Source of the DNA: Lachnospiraceae bacterium
GTDB taxonomy: Bacteria; Bacillota; Clostridia; Lachnospirales; Bianqueaceae
Direction: 5' to 3'
DNA length: 64,000 bases
Assembly (NCBI GenBank): GCA_022794035.1
Contig: JAAWDX010000001.1
Span: 209,936 to 273,935 of the forward strand
Shown here: positions 8,801 to 23,800 of the stretch, in pieces
Layout of the letters: each line of letters begins with the position of its first letter
How positions within the stretch are numbered: position 1 is the first letter of the stretch
Notes under the pieces: generated by a model
The model's input: the letters and a program-made list of their open reading frames with translations, nothing else
What the model was told of the DNA's origin: nothing
The model's database searches: none
Program-made: the position numbers and the translations under genes

Positions 8801-11800
8801 CGCCTAATAATCCTTATTGGAAACAAACCTATAGTGACTGGTTCTTTAAATCGAATAATGAGTTTAATGGAGACTTGCCTACGGCTGCCCAAAAGGCAGA
8901 GGGAAATAATGAGGCGGCTGCTGAAGCAGAGCAGCTGGCCTGGTTAAATGCGCACTATGGAACCGTTAAAGTCATGATGGATGATGTGCGTTCAGAGGAA
9001 AGTGATCCTACGCCCATTGTCATGGAGCTGCCTGTTACATGGGAAAAATATACAGTTGATGAATACGATACGGCTTCGCAGAGCATGACAGCCCGTTGGA
9101 TGGGCGGCGCCGCCGTGGCCAATATGCAGGGAGCACGTGCACCGGCCGCTAAATGGGTATGGCGTGCAAAGATCGACGCAGTAGAGCAAGGACAATATGT
9201 TCTGGCAGATGCATTCCGCTATACGAACATTGAAGCCAATATTTATTGGAGCCGCGTAATTGACAGTATTGTGGGCGCACTGATTAGTGAAACGGATGCC
9301 GCGACTACAAGCTTTGTTGCGCTCAGCAACGCCGCGCAGCTTAGCAGCAAAATCCCAACCGCGCTGCGCGTCGAGCTTAAGGATGCGAACGGCGGTCTGA
9401 ATATTACTGATACGATCACGATTGACGGCAGCAACTGGAAGCTGATCGAAGGCAGCGTATATGATGCGAGCCAGCAGTATCACTGGAGAGCGTTAAATGC
9501 AAATGCCGCTTCTATTGTAGATGAGGTAGGCACTGGATCGGCAGCAGGCTTTGTTGCGATCGAGCCGACGCTTAGCGGATATACCTTTACAGAAAATGCA
9601 GACACCGAAATGGCCAGAGTCTGGTATCAATGGGGTACGATCATCACCGGACTGAAAAAGGACGGCGGTGCTGATTTTGATGCGATTGCGGCTGCCAAAA
9701 CACCGATCATTAAGGTGCCGACGATTGGCGGGACCAATCAGTCGGCGGTGACATGGGGGAATTTACTCACCCAATTGAATAAGCCGTTTGGTGTAACCCT
9801 TTTAGATAAATCGAATACTACCGGCTTTAAGCAGAGCACCATTACGCCCTCATGGACACAGCCAGCCTATGATGCGACGGCGCCTGCCGGCAGAATCCAG
9901 CCGGCTGCTCAATTTGAAAGACCAGCCTCCGGCGTGGTATTTGGCGAGGATCTTGTGCGTGAGTTTAATGGGCGTGAGCCGTACGGAGAAATCAGCTGGA
10001 ATATTAATCCTCCCTCAAAGACCTCAGGCAGCACAAACTTCATTAAATATAATATAGTAAGCAATCAGCCTCATGTTACAGGTGCTGCGGGGCAAAAAAC
10101 AGTTTATGCGGATAAGCCTTGGGAGTGTTATTATACAGCTAGCTCCTCTCCGACTGTCAGTCAGAAAACAACCAATTTTGGCGCTCAGGATGTTTGGCAG
10201 GATGCCGGCGAGAGCGTAAAATACATGGTCAAAACCAGCGAACGCGGCGGCGGCGCTTTTGTAGAGTATAGCGTCACCTTCCGCAACGACAGCACCGGCA
10301 CGCGCTATGTAGGCCTGTCCTATGGTTCTGACGTTATGATCCACAACAATGACAGAGCGCCTCTGACTGTTACCAGCAATGGTATCAAGATGGAAGAGGC
10401 AAGCGGTGATATGTGCCAGTTTAATATCAATACCACTACAGCCACGGCCGGTATCAGCGTTTCGGCAGACGGCTATTGGATTGGCGTTTACAGCGGCCGT
10501 CAGCACTGGCAGTCCACGGTTGCCGGGGATGGCAATAAGAAAATCAATGCGAATGGCGAGGCCTATGTGACGGGTATTGACTCTGGTCTGACCTTTAGCT
10601 GGGTGCCGCAGAAGCATCCGCTTGCGCCCGGTGAGTCGGTCACCTTTACCTGCCAGTTTGGTATTGGTAAGATGTCCGAGCCGCCGCGCATTGTGCCGCA
10701 TTATGACAGCGGCAGCGGCAGAAGCACCAACGTGACGTTAAATGGCAGCAATCTGGATATCAGCGCATGGGTGGCCGGCGAAGCGGCATATCCGCTCAGA
10801 CTTTACTATGTTCTGGATGAAGGGCTGCCCACACAGCAAAGTGAGGCCTCCCTGGGCAACAAGGTAAACGCACAGGGCGTTGTCTCGGCAGCCACCTTCC
10901 GCGGCTATAGCGCAGCGCAGCAAACAGCATATTTCAGAACCGGAACAGAGAATCATTTTGTCAATATAACTGGTACAGTAGAAAAGCCCAGAGACTGGGT
11001 CGCGGGTGAATATCATTCTATCACGGTATATGGACTTTCCGATGCAGGTCTCATGACAGATTCTGTGCGCTTCCCTCTCTATGTAGATGAGAACGAAGAC
11101 GGTGAAGAAATCTTTGTAGAAGCCACCGATGCGACTGTCAATTTCAATAGGGGAGCCGGCAGCGGTACGGCGCCTGCATCGCAGACGGCTCACATGCAGG
11201 AGCCCATTGTCCTGCCTAAGGGTGACAAGCTGACGCCACCCAGCGGCCAAAAGTTTGTTGGATGGAGCTATACGGAGGATAATGGTAAAACAACGATTTA
11301 TCCTGCCGAGAACTATTTCTATGTTGAGAAAAACCCGACCACGCTTACCGCCCGCTATATCCCAACCAGCCAGACAATGTATCTGGTCGAGACCTATATG
11401 CAAAATGCAAACGGCGATTACGAGCAGGAGGATACAGAGGTTCGGATTGATACGGCAACATCCGGCAACATCGTCTTTACACCAGACCCGATGCCCGGGT
11501 ATACGGTCAATACCAGCAAATCAAAGCTCAGCGTGACCAGAAACGACGGCGCAATTGTCCAGGTATATTATGACATCAATCATTATGATGTAGTTTATAA
11601 CCTCAACGGCGCTCCCGGCGGCGATGAAAATGGAATCTTCAAAACGGTGCAGGTAGCCTACGGCGGCAACGTCAGCGGCGTGCCCAATGCCGCCGCCCTA
11701 AATGCCGGTCAGAACAATCAGTTCTTCCGCTTCAGAGGATGGTTTGAAAACGCCGATCCCGAGGACCCCGGCAATATCATCGACACCGACACCGTGGTGG

Positions 11801-14800
11801 ATGAGACTACGCTTGATACAATTGAACCAGGCGGCAAACTCATTGCTTATGCGCACTGGCAGCCTCTGGGCAACGCACAGGCCACCTTTGACTATAATTA
11901 TCAGAACCACGCGCAGGGCGCGTCACGTTCCGATAAAATTGCCCTTGACCCCATTGTCAGCGAGAGCGGACGGTATGGGTATAGCTCTAAACCGCGCAGA
12001 CTGCCTGCCACGCCAAGCGCGTGGAAGGATACCGAGGGTAAGGTATACACCTTCCTAGAGTGGCGTTTGGTGGAAAATGGCGAGATGACGGAAACCGTCG
12101 TCACTAAGGATACCATTCTGCCCAATTATGAGAATGTGACGATCAAAGCACTGTGGACAGAGTCCTATTCTGTCAGCCGCAGTTCTCAGGGTGACGGTAC
12201 GATCTGGGATATCAACGATCCTGCCGGCGGCGAACGCTCGTATGCGCCGGGAGATACAGTGGATATCCGCTGGAGAGCAAATCCGGGCAGCTATGTGCAG
12301 CATGTGTACATCGATAATGTCCTGAGCGATGATCTGATTAAAAATGGCGGATGGCATCTGGAGGATATTCGCGAGAATCACAGCGTATATGTTGTCTTCG
12401 GCTTCGGCGAAGGAGACAGCGGCATTGAAGAAGAAACGACCTATAATATAACGGCGACGCCTGTAGGCGGCGTTGCATTTGACGTGCCGGAAAGAGGCGG
12501 TACCTATAAAGCGCAGTATGGCGAGGACTATACGGTAAAATGGAGAATTTCTCCCGGATATACGCTGTCCTCCGTGACCATCAACGGACTGCCGATGGAT
12601 ATCAGCGAAAGCGATAACAGCTATACCTTCAACAATATCCATATTGATCAGGAAATCAAGGTTACGGCAGTGCGCGGCAGCGGCGGCATCTCTGGCGGTG
12701 GTACAGTAAACAGAGGACCCTATACCATTTCGACTAAAATAGGACGCGGTACAGAAATCACGCCTAACCAGACAGTTGCCTACGGCGACAGCAGTACGAT
12801 TACATGGAAGGTTCCGTATGGATTTGTAGTTGACAGCGTGCTGATCAACCGTGTGCCGCTGGCAACACCACCGCAGAATAATACCTATGTATTCCGCAAT
12901 GTCACACAGAACAGCTCGATTATCGTTATGTGCAAGCCCGATCCGAGCTTGCCTCCTGATACCATTTATGTCACCACAACGATCGATGATCACGGCAGCA
13001 TTACGCCTACCACACCGATCGGGCAGCTGGCCAAGGGAGATAATCATACCGTAACATGGAGCGCAGACAGCGGCTACTATGTGTCGGCAGTTTATATCGA
13101 TAATGTACTGCAGAAGACTGATTCAGGCGCCAATAAAATATTCTACAGCTATACCTTTACGAATTTGCAGACCAACCATGACGTGGTGGTAGAGGTGAAA
13201 CCGGTTGAGTCCTCCGGCGGCGATACGCCGGCTCCGGCGCTGCATGCGATCACGACATCAATGGAAAACGGCGGTACGATCGACAAACCCGGCAGCGTGC
13301 CGAATGGCTCGGATGTAACTGTTACTTGGCGCATGGCGCCAAACCACCGGGTTGTCGGCGTCTATCTTGACGGCGAGCTGGTGGATGATTATAACGCAGA
13401 GACGAATGGCAACAGCTATACGCTGCGCAATATTACGGCAGCACACACCCTCAAGGTGGTATGTGAGCGTGTTATTTCTGATATTGATCTGACGGGCAAG
13501 CATATTGTGACAACGACCATCAATCTGGGTGCGTCCGACGGTCAGAAGATTGTTAACGACGGCGAAAGCTGTACCGTGAGCTGGACGCCGCCAAAGGGCT
13601 ATCATGTGAGCAGTCTGAAGGTGGATGGAGTCGAGCAAAGCTATGTGGACGGCAATAGCTGGACGATTGATCATGTAACGAAGGATATCACGATCGCCGT
13701 TACGGTGGAAAAGGATTCCGAACAAAACTATAAGATTGCTGCCAATATTGTAAATGGCGGTACGGTTTCCGGCGGCGGTACGGTGAATGTAGGCAAGGGA
13801 GCGATCCTGCGCTGGACCGTTGCCGACGGCTTCCGCGTGAGCGATATCACGATCGACGGTGTGTCGGTATCCGGCATTGACCTGGAAAATGACCGAAGCT
13901 ACAGCTTCCCGGCTAGTCAGGGAGCAGCCGGCCAGACCTATCAATTTAATGTGATTTGTACGCCCAAGCTGTACTATCATGTGCGGCCGACAGGCACAGG
14001 CTGTGAGAATCTGAGCGCCAGCGCAGATCCTTATGTGGGGGATGCCTATACGGTGAGCTGGAAGGCAGCAGAAGGCTACCGATTCAAGAGTGTAACGATA
14101 AACGGAACGGAAGTCACGCCGGTGCTGAAGGACGGCGTATACAGCTATACCTTTGACAGCAGCAATACAGCAGCAAACGGAACCTATCAGGTAGAGGTAC
14201 TCTGTGATAAGATTCGTTCCTATACCATTACAACGGGACGCAACAGCGGAGGCGTTGTCTCTGCTTCTAAAACGCTGTATGAGACGGATGCAGAAAAATC
14301 CTACACTGTTACATGGAGCGCCAGCTCTGGCTATCGTGTCAAGGCGGTTACGGTGGACGGCATGCCGTATACAGGCGAGAGCTATGTCTTTAATTATGAA
14401 GACGGCAAGGATGTAACACTACGGGTGGAATTTGAGCCGCAGAAATATTATACAGTTAAAGCGATTGGCAAAAATACCGGTATTACGGCCGGAAACGGCA
14501 CCTATACCATCGACACCGATACAACGGTTAAATGGACGGCGCCGGAAGGCTTTGTTTTATCTTCTGTTACGATAGATGGGACAGAGGTTACGGTGGCTGC
14601 CGATCAGACGGAATATACATTTGATCATACAACGGGACTCACAGCCGGTCATACCTATGAGATCATTGTGACTTATGTAGCAGAAGGTGCCGGCGGCGAG
14701 GAGCCGGAGGAGCCCGATCAGTTCTATACGGTACAGACGGCAGGCGTGTTTACACGCACTATCTCTGAGAGCGCGGCCCGCAAGCTGGGCGAGGATTATC

Positions 14801-17800
14801 TGGTGCTGTGGACAGTGCTGGACGGCTATCAGCTGCAAAGTGTTAAGGTAAACGGCACAGCCGTAACAAATTATACGGCGCAGCTGGGCGGCTACAGTCT
14901 GCTGATTTCCGGTGCCGATAAGACAGCGGACGAGGTTGTGACGGTTGAAGTCATTTGCGAGAAGATTCAGCCCGGTCAGCCTGGCGGCGGCGGATCTGTG
15001 ATTACGCCATATTCGGTATATGCATATACCAATGATGCGGCGCTTGGAACGGTAACGCCTTCGGCAGCTACCTTAAAGGAAGACGGTGCCGAGGCTGCTG
15101 TGAAATGGGATGCCAAACAGTATTGCCATATTGTGAGCGTGACGGTTTCCGATTATCCGGATCGAAGCAATCCCGTACTGCTTACAGAAGAACAGGCAGC
15201 GGCTGGGGTGTATACCTTTGCCTATGATGATCATACCGATAAGATTGTTGATGTAGTGTTTGAGCGGGATCCGCAGTATGCGGTGAGCTCCGCTGCGGCG
15301 GGCAATCTGGGAGAAGGATGCACGGTTACCGGCAGCGGCGTGCTGAAGCAGGCCGGTGATGAATGCACGGTAAGCTGGACAGTTTCTGCCGGATACCGGA
15401 TTGAAAGCATTGTGATAGCAGATGCGGACGGTCAGAATGCGCAGACGCTGGATGCAGCAGCAATGGCAAGAGGATCACTGACGCTGCGCTATGCGGATCT
15501 GAGTGCAGACCGTAAAGTAACCGTTACTTATGAGAAAAATACGACCGGCAGTGCATGGCGTACGGTTCATGCACAGGTAAACGATGCAGCCATGGGCACG
15601 GTGACGCCTTCTGTCAAGAGCCTGACAGCAGCCGGCAGCACCTGCAGCATTGCATGGACAGCCAATCCGGGCTTCCGTGTAAGAAGCGTGATTGTTTCTA
15701 ATTATCCGGATGGCAGCGATGCGCGTGCGCTCAGCCGTGAGGAGCTGGCCGAAGGGCAGTATACCTTTGCCTATAATGACGGCAAGGATCAGCATGTATA
15801 TGTGGTATTTGAACAGGATCCTGCCTATGAGATCAGCATTATAGGCGTAGACGGCGGCGCAGGCAGCACGGTAACTGGCGGCAAGACGCTGACGGCAAGC
15901 GGACAGAGCCATATGGTAACATGGGCGGCCGGAGCCGGATATCAAGTGAAGAGCGTTGTGATCGCCAATACCGATGGTACAAATACACAGACGCTCAGCG
16001 CCGAAGAAGCAGCGAGAAACAGCTATACCTTTGAATATGATACGATGACGGCCAGCCGTAAGGTAACAGTCACCTTTGAAAAGGCGATTCCTTCAGTATA
16101 TTCTGTAGTCACTTCCGTGAACGATGAGAGCATGGGCTGGATCAGTCCGTCGGCTGACCTGTATGCAGAAGGGGCGGAATATACAGTTAGCTGGGGCGCT
16201 CATGAGGGATATTATGTCAAGAGCGTGACAGTTAACGGAGCAGATTATACAGGAAATACGTATACCTTCCGCTATAGCGGACATCAGGATGCAGCTGTTC
16301 AGGTTGTCTATGAAAAATACCCTGAATTTGTGATCAGCACAGAAAAGGTGGGCGGCGGCGCTAATAGCAGTGTCCGCAGCGGAGCAACGCTGACGCGCAG
16401 CGGAGAAACCTATGCGGTTACCTGGTCTGCGGACAGCGCGTTCAAGGTGGACAGCGTTGTGATCACGGATGCAGCGCAGCAGGTTGTAAAGACGCTGAGC
16501 GAGACGGAGATCGCAGCCGGCAAGTATACCTTTGCCTATGATCAGATGAGCTCCGATCAGAAGCTGACAGTAGTATTTGCTACAGACACTTCTTCCGGCG
16601 GCGGTGCAGGCACGCTTCCCTATTCGGTGACGACCTCTGTCAATGATGAAGCGATGGGCAGCATTGATCCGTCTGCTACGCTGAGAAGGCCTGATGCGGA
16701 GTATACGGTCACTTGGAGTGCCAAATCAGGCTATCAGGTCAAGAGCGTGACCATAGATGGTCAGACCTATACGCGCGCAGAGGGAAATCTCCCCAGCTCC
16801 TATACCTTTAAATATAATGATCACAAGGATGTAGCCGTGAGCGCTATGTTTGAGCAGGAGCCTCAGTATGTGATTACGACGGAGCAGAAAGGAAACGGCG
16901 GCGCGGGCAGCTTTGTCAGCGATGGCGCTGTACTTTCTCAGCCGGGACAGGCACATACGGTTACCTGGTTTGCGGACGAGGGCTTCCATGTGAAGAGCGT
17001 GGTGGTTTCCAAGCCGGACGGCAGCGATAGAATTACGCTGGATGCAGCAGCCATTCAGCTGGGCAGCTATACCTTTACCTATGAGGGGGTGGGTGCTTCT
17101 GACCGTAAATTGGTAGTGACCTTTGAAAAGGATGAAGATACAACGCCCGGCGGCGGTGGCAGCATTCCGGCGACGCCGTATACCGTGACCACGTCGGTGA
17201 ATGATGAAACGATGGGAACGGTGAGCCCGTCTATGACGCTCAAGGAGGCCGGCGCAACCTATGAGGTTACCTGGAGTGCCCATGAGGGCTATTATGTCAA
17301 GAGCGTTTCGATAGATGGCAGAGGATATGCTCCAGGCAGCTATACCTTTGCATATGACGAGTATAAGGATGTAACTGTGAAGGTCACCTTTGCTCCCAAT
17401 CAGGAATATACCGCATCGGCAGTCATGGTGGGCGGCGGTGCAGGCAGCAGAGTGCTTCCGGCAAGCGGTACGCTCAGCGAGTCCGGCGATACCCATACGG
17501 TCAAATGGACAGCGGATGAAGGGTATAAGGCCACGAGTGCAGTCGTAACGAATGCAAAGGGCAAGGTCGTATGGACCTGTGACGAAACAGAGCTGGCAGC
17601 CGGTCAGTATACCTTCTCTTATGATGAGATGACCTCTGATCAGACGATTACCGTTACCTTTACCAAGGAAAATGCAGATGCGCAGATCTATGCCATTAAC
17701 ACATCCGTCAATGATGCCGCCATGGGCTGGGTAAGCCCGTCTGTTACACTCAGAGCGGCAGGAGAGAGTACAATCACATGGGGTGCCAATACCGGCTACC

Positions 17801-20800
17801 GTGTGAAGAAGGTGACGATCTCGGATCCTGACGGAGGTAATGCAAGAGAGGCCTCGGCAGAGGAGCTTACCAGCAGTCGATTCGTTTTCCGCTATGCGGA
17901 CAAAAAGGATCTGGCACTGCATGTAGAGCTGGAGCCCATACCGAGCTATGAAATAACAGTAGAAAAGATCGGCGGCGGTGCAAAAAGCACAGCAGAGCCT
18001 GCAAGTGCGGTTCTCAGTCAGACAGGCGACCGCCAGACGGTTACGTGGAATGCCGATACGGGCTATCATGTAGAAAGTGTTGTGATTTCCAGACCGGACG
18101 GCAGTGACAGGACGGTGCTGGATGCGGCAGCCATTGCCGCAGGCAGCCATACCTTCACCTATGCATCCATGGGCGGATCTGACAGAAAAATTACGATTAC
18201 CTTTAAAAAGGATGAAACACCGGGCGGGTTGACGGCTGTGCCGTATTCCATCGGAACGAGCAAGATCGGCTCCGGCATCGTGACGGCGCCTAAGACGTTG
18301 TATCATGAGGGCGAGACCCATGTGGTAGCATGGACGCCGGAGGCTGGCTGGCATGTGGCTGAGGTTACGATCAATGGTGTGCCGTACCGCGGTGCGGATA
18401 ACCAGATTCCGACCAGCTATGAGTTTAAGTATGATGATCATAGAGATGCGGCGCTCATTGTGACGTTTGCTGAGAATGACAAGCGGACGATTACGACGGT
18501 GATGAGCGGCGTATATGGCCCTGGCAGCCGGGTGAGCGAAGGCGGTACCCTGAAGCTGGATGGCCAGACGCATACGGTGACATGGACGGCTGAAGAGGGC
18601 TATGAGGTTGTGAGCGTAACGGATTCTAAGCCGGATGGCAGTGATGCCAAGACGGTGGATGCCGCCAGCGGCAGCTATACCTATCAGTATGAGGCGCTGG
18701 ATTCAGACCGGCTGCTTACCGTGACCTTTGCTAAGCAGGAGGGCACTCCGGTATATTCTGTCATCACCGGTGTCAATGATACGGCGATGGGTACGGTCAC
18801 ATCCGGTGCGACGCTGAAGGCCTCTGGCGAGACAGCAGAGATCGTATGGTCGGCTAAGCCTGGCTATCATGTGAGAGAGGTTGTTTATAAGCTGGACGGA
18901 GCCGTGCAGGCAGATGCACCGGCCAGTCCGTACACCTTCCGTTATGATGATGGCCACGACGCAGAGCTTTATGTTGTCTTTGAGCGCAATACCGGTTATA
19001 CGGTGAATGTGAATCCGGTTGGCAGCGGTACGGCGGCCAATCCGAAGACGATGTACGGCGTGGGCGAGCAGTACGAGGTATGGTGGAAGCCAAATGAAGG
19101 CGCAGAGCTGGTGTCCGTAACCGTATCTGGATATGCGCCGCTTGGCGAGAGCAAGGTGCTGACGGCAGACGACTGGACCTATGATGCAGCCTCCGGCCGC
19201 TATGGATATACATTTGAATATGACAAGATGGCAGCGGATGCCACCATCGATATCGTATTTAAAGATAAAGATTATTACTATATCACAACCTCTGCGCAGA
19301 ATGTGCAGAGCATCACGGCAGCGCCGGAGCAGTGCGAGCTCACGCAGAGCAGCACCATTCAGTGGGTCCCGGCAGAAGGCGCTGTGCTGCAGGCGATCAA
19401 GATCGACGGCGTTTCGCAGGCGATCACAGATCCGAATCAGACGGAGCTGATCTTTACTCCTGACAGTCCGGCGGCGAATCAGATCTATCTCATCGAAGTG
19501 ATCTACGAGCTGCAGACGGAGGAGGAGCCGGCACAGCCGGAATACAGGATCAATGTTTCCAAGGAAGGCAGCGGCACAGTGACAGGAGCGGGCATCCTTC
19601 GTCAGGAGGATGCGGACAGCGAGAATCATGCGGTGACATGGACGGCTGCGGAAGGCTGGCATGTGAGCAAGGTTGTGGTTGACCGCACGCGTCTTTCCGA
19701 TGAGGAAGCGGCAAGCGGAAGCTATACCGTGAAATACAGCGAGCTGACAGGCGATGTCAATATCAAGGTAGTCTTTGAACGAGATCAGATTATTGCGCCG
19801 CCTGCGGAGGAGAACCGGTTTACGGTCTCTACAGAATATGAAGGAAACGGTACGATTAGCAACGGAGCTACCCTGAGCGAGGGCGAGGAGCCTTATACCG
19901 TGACATGGGCTGCCGGCGATGGCTGGTACGTGAAGTCAGCGCAGCTGATCAAGACGGAGGATGGTACGGTGATCCAAAGCCTTGACGAAAGCAGCTATCT
20001 CTTCTCTTATGAGGTGGGACAGAATGTTACAGTGAAGGTTGTCTTTGAGAAGGAAGCCCAGTACAGCATCACGGCGGTGATCGATGCAGGCGGAAGCATC
20101 AGCCCTGCGGCGGCTACGCTGAGAAAGGGAGATGCGCCAGCTGAGATTATATGGTCGATCAGTGACAGCGAAAAGTTCTCATTGAAGAGCGTTACCATAA
20201 ATGGTACGGCGCTTTCCGCATCGGAGTACACGAAGGCAGACGGCAGTTATGGATATACTTTTGTATATGACGATCTGTTTGCTGCGGGAATGCCCGAAAA
20301 TATTGTGCTGAAGGTGGAGCTGGATGAGGCAGAGCAGCCGGCACAACCGCAGCAGTACCTGATCAGTACAGGCATTACGCCCAGTATAGCCGGTACCATC
20401 AGCGCGGCGGCCATGGTTGCCGAAAATGGCAGCTATATCGTGACCTGGAATGCCAAATCGGATTACCGTGTGACGAAGATAGAGGTAACAGAAAACGGAA
20501 CAACCCGTGAGCTGACAGCAGCCGACAGCGGGCTCTATGCCTTTACCAATGTGACGGGGAACTGCTCGATCATGGTTTCCTGTGAAGAAAGAAGCCAGAT
20601 TGATTTAGGCGGCGACGAAAGATTCTATGAGATCGTTACCGGTATCAATGGCGGCAGCATGGATGACGGCAAAACAGTGCGCTCCGTTAGAGAAGGAGAT
20701 TCCTATACGGTGAGCTGGACGCCGGATCCGGGCAGCTATGTTGCCAGTGTGGTAGTAGACGGAGCACAGGTTCCCGTTTGTACGGAATATACGTTTAACG

Positions 20801-23800
20801 ATATCAGCAGTGACCATACGGTTCAGGTAACCTGCCTGAGCATGGCTGTAAGCGAGATCTATTATGTTGATGTTACGCCGGGCAGTGCGATAGCCAGCGG
20901 CAACTGTGAAGTACAGGTAGGGACGGATCATACCGTTACCTGGAAGCCTGCAGCAGGCGAGCATATTGTTTCGGTAACGGTAAATGACCAGCCGGTGGAT
21001 ATCGGAAATGCCAATACCGGCGGCAGCTATACGATTACGGGGGCGGCTAAGGATGAGGTATTCCATGTGGTGATCACCTCTGAACAAAATGCTGACACTC
21101 CGGAAGAGGAAGTTTACTTTGACGTAGCTGTGACAGCGAAAAACTGTACGGTGAGCGGTCAGACGCATGTTAAGGCCGGAGAGTCTACAACGATTGCCTG
21201 GGAGCCTGAGTTTGGCTATGAGGTCAAGTCTATTATCATTGATGATTCTGCCAGACCGGTTACACTGGAGTCGTTCACATTTGATGCTATGAGCAGTGAT
21301 CACAGTGTGATCATTGTCTGCGAACGAATCGGCAGTGAGGATCCGGATCCGGAAGCGGCCTATACGATCAGTACGCGGATTACCGATGGCGGTACGATTA
21401 CGGCTCCGGTTACAGTAAGCACACCTGAGGAAAAGCAGAGCCAGACGATTGCCTGGAGCGCACCGGAAGGCTTCCGGGTAGCGCAGGTGAAGATTGACGG
21501 CGTGCAGCGACCTGAGCTTACAGAAGCAGGCAGCGTGACCTTTACGGATATTGCCGCCGATCATAGCGTGGATGTAGAGTGCCGGCAGATCGAGAAGCAT
21601 ACGATTACGGTTTCAAACGATAACGGAACCATCAGCGCGGCTCCGGCTCTGGTAGAAGACGGCGGCAGCAGCGTTGTGACATGGAGCGGCATGGCAGGCT
21701 TTGTGCTTAAGTCGGTACAGATGAATGGGATTTCGTTAAGTGCGGATGCATATACGGATCATGGCGACGGCAGCTACAGCCTGACGCTTCAGAATGTCAT
21801 CTCAGATCATGTGATTGTTGTAGAGTATGAGCCGGATGCATCGCTGGATCCGGGCAATACGAAAAACTATATTTATACGCATATCGATCATGGAACGATT
21901 ACACCGACGGTTACGCTGACAAGCGCAGCCGATAGGGCATACCAAAAGATCGAGTGGACGGTGGCCGAGGGGTATCGTATCACAAGAGTACTGGTTGATG
22001 ATCAGGCTGTTTCGGCAGCAGGCATGGTTGAACTGACGAATATTGCCGGTGACCATACAGTGAGCGTAGAATGTGAAAAGATTCCTGCGTATACCGTGGC
22101 AACGGATGCGAAGAATGTGACCATGATTACGCCCACCAAAACAGATATACCAGAAGGCAGCGCGCATAGCGTTTCTTGGAAGCATGAAGACAATCTGGTG
22201 CTGAAGGTATTTAAGGTTGATAATGTAGAGGTGGCACTGGCAGAGGGAATAACCTCCTATGAGTTCACGGATGTCCGTGAGAATCATACGGTCTATGTGG
22301 AATATGGACCTCAAGATGAGCCAGAGAAGCCGGATAAGGTAGAAATTTCGGTTATGGTAACCAATGGTACCAAGACAGGCGGCGGTACGCTGAATTATGG
22401 TACCAAGAGTCACACCGTGACATGGACGCCCAACGCAGGCTATGAGGTCAAGAGTGTTATCATTGACAGCGTAGCGATGGCAGAGGAGCAGATCAAGAAA
22501 ACAGGAGACAGCCTGACCTTTACGGATATCACCGGCAGTCATAGCATTGTTGTTGTATGTGAAATCCCGAAGACGGGCGAGGATCCAGAGCCGGATGAAA
22601 AGGTATATCTGGAGGCCAATATCATCAACGGTACTTTTGAACCGGAAAATGAGTTTGGCGTATATGAACTGGAAAAGGGTACGGATTTTGAAATCAGCTG
22701 GACGCCGCAGGAGGGCTATCATGTGGTCAGCGTTAAGCTGGATCAGGTAGAACGGCCGGATCTGCTAGCAGATGGCCGGCTGAAGCTCATTGGCATCAGC
22801 GGCGATCATGTGCTGACGGTGGAATGCAGGGATGAAGAAGAGGAGCCTAACGAGGGACCGTTTACGATCACAACCTCGATCGATCATGGCAGTATCAGCG
22901 AATCCTTCACCACAGATGAAGAGCATTCATCTTATACGGTAAGCTGGACGGTGGACAGCCGCTATGAGATTGTTTCTGTTATGGTGGACGGTAACCCATA
23001 CGCCAATGCGGCGGATGGCTATATCGATTTTAATCCGATCAGAGCCAATCACACCGTGGATGTACGCAGTCAGCTGAAGGATCAGCCAGTCAATACACAT
23101 GTGATCAATGTCATAGTGGATAACGGCGGTACGCATGCCGTGATCGTGGATGGAAATCCTGCAGAGTATGTAGAGGATGGCGGTTCAGCCAAAGCTACAT
23201 GGCAGGCGGCCGATGGCTATGATGTAACCAGAATCGTCATTGACGGCGTGAGCTATAACAGCCTGCCGGGCTGTGATGCGCAGAAGGGTGAGTATACCTT
23301 CAACAATGTGACCAAGGACCATGAGATTATTGTGTATACGGGTAAGCATGTGGAAAAGGAGCCTGTATATTACGGCATTACCATTTTGCCGCACGGTGAT
23401 CCCAGCGGGCTAGAGCTGAGTGAGTCGCTGCCGTCGGTGCTGGAAGGAACAGAAATTGCTGTTACGTGGAAAGCTAAACCCGGCTGGCAGATCGATAAGG
23501 TGACGCGAAACAATAACATCATGTCAGCAGCGGATATGGCCGCAGGCATGACGGAGGACGGCTTTACGTTTACTGTCAATGCAAACAATGATTTTGTTGT
23601 ATATGTCAGCAAGCAGGGGCCGGCGGATGATAGCTTTGTTACGGTTACAACGGAGATCAACAGCGGCTGGATCAGCAATGGCGGTTCCGTTAAGAAAGGA
23701 AGCAGCTTTGAGGTAGCATGGCGGCCGGGCGACGGATATACGGTTGATCAGGTGACGATCACCGATGCAGATGGCAATAAAACGGTGCTCACGGAAGGGC

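Noticed and set aside
16726-18573. 615-aa ORF on the minus strand, together with similar antisense ORFs at 12055..13047, 13258..13980, 18703..19662, 20605..21600, 21802..22722 and others, all inside the giant gene
   Set aside because: All lie antisense to a clearly coding repeat gene. Their translations are low-complexity (Arg/Cys/His/Ile-rich) with no motifs, RBS or promoters. The sense-strand codon usage (GNN-rich, few TTA/CTA/TCA) explains the lack of antisense stops.
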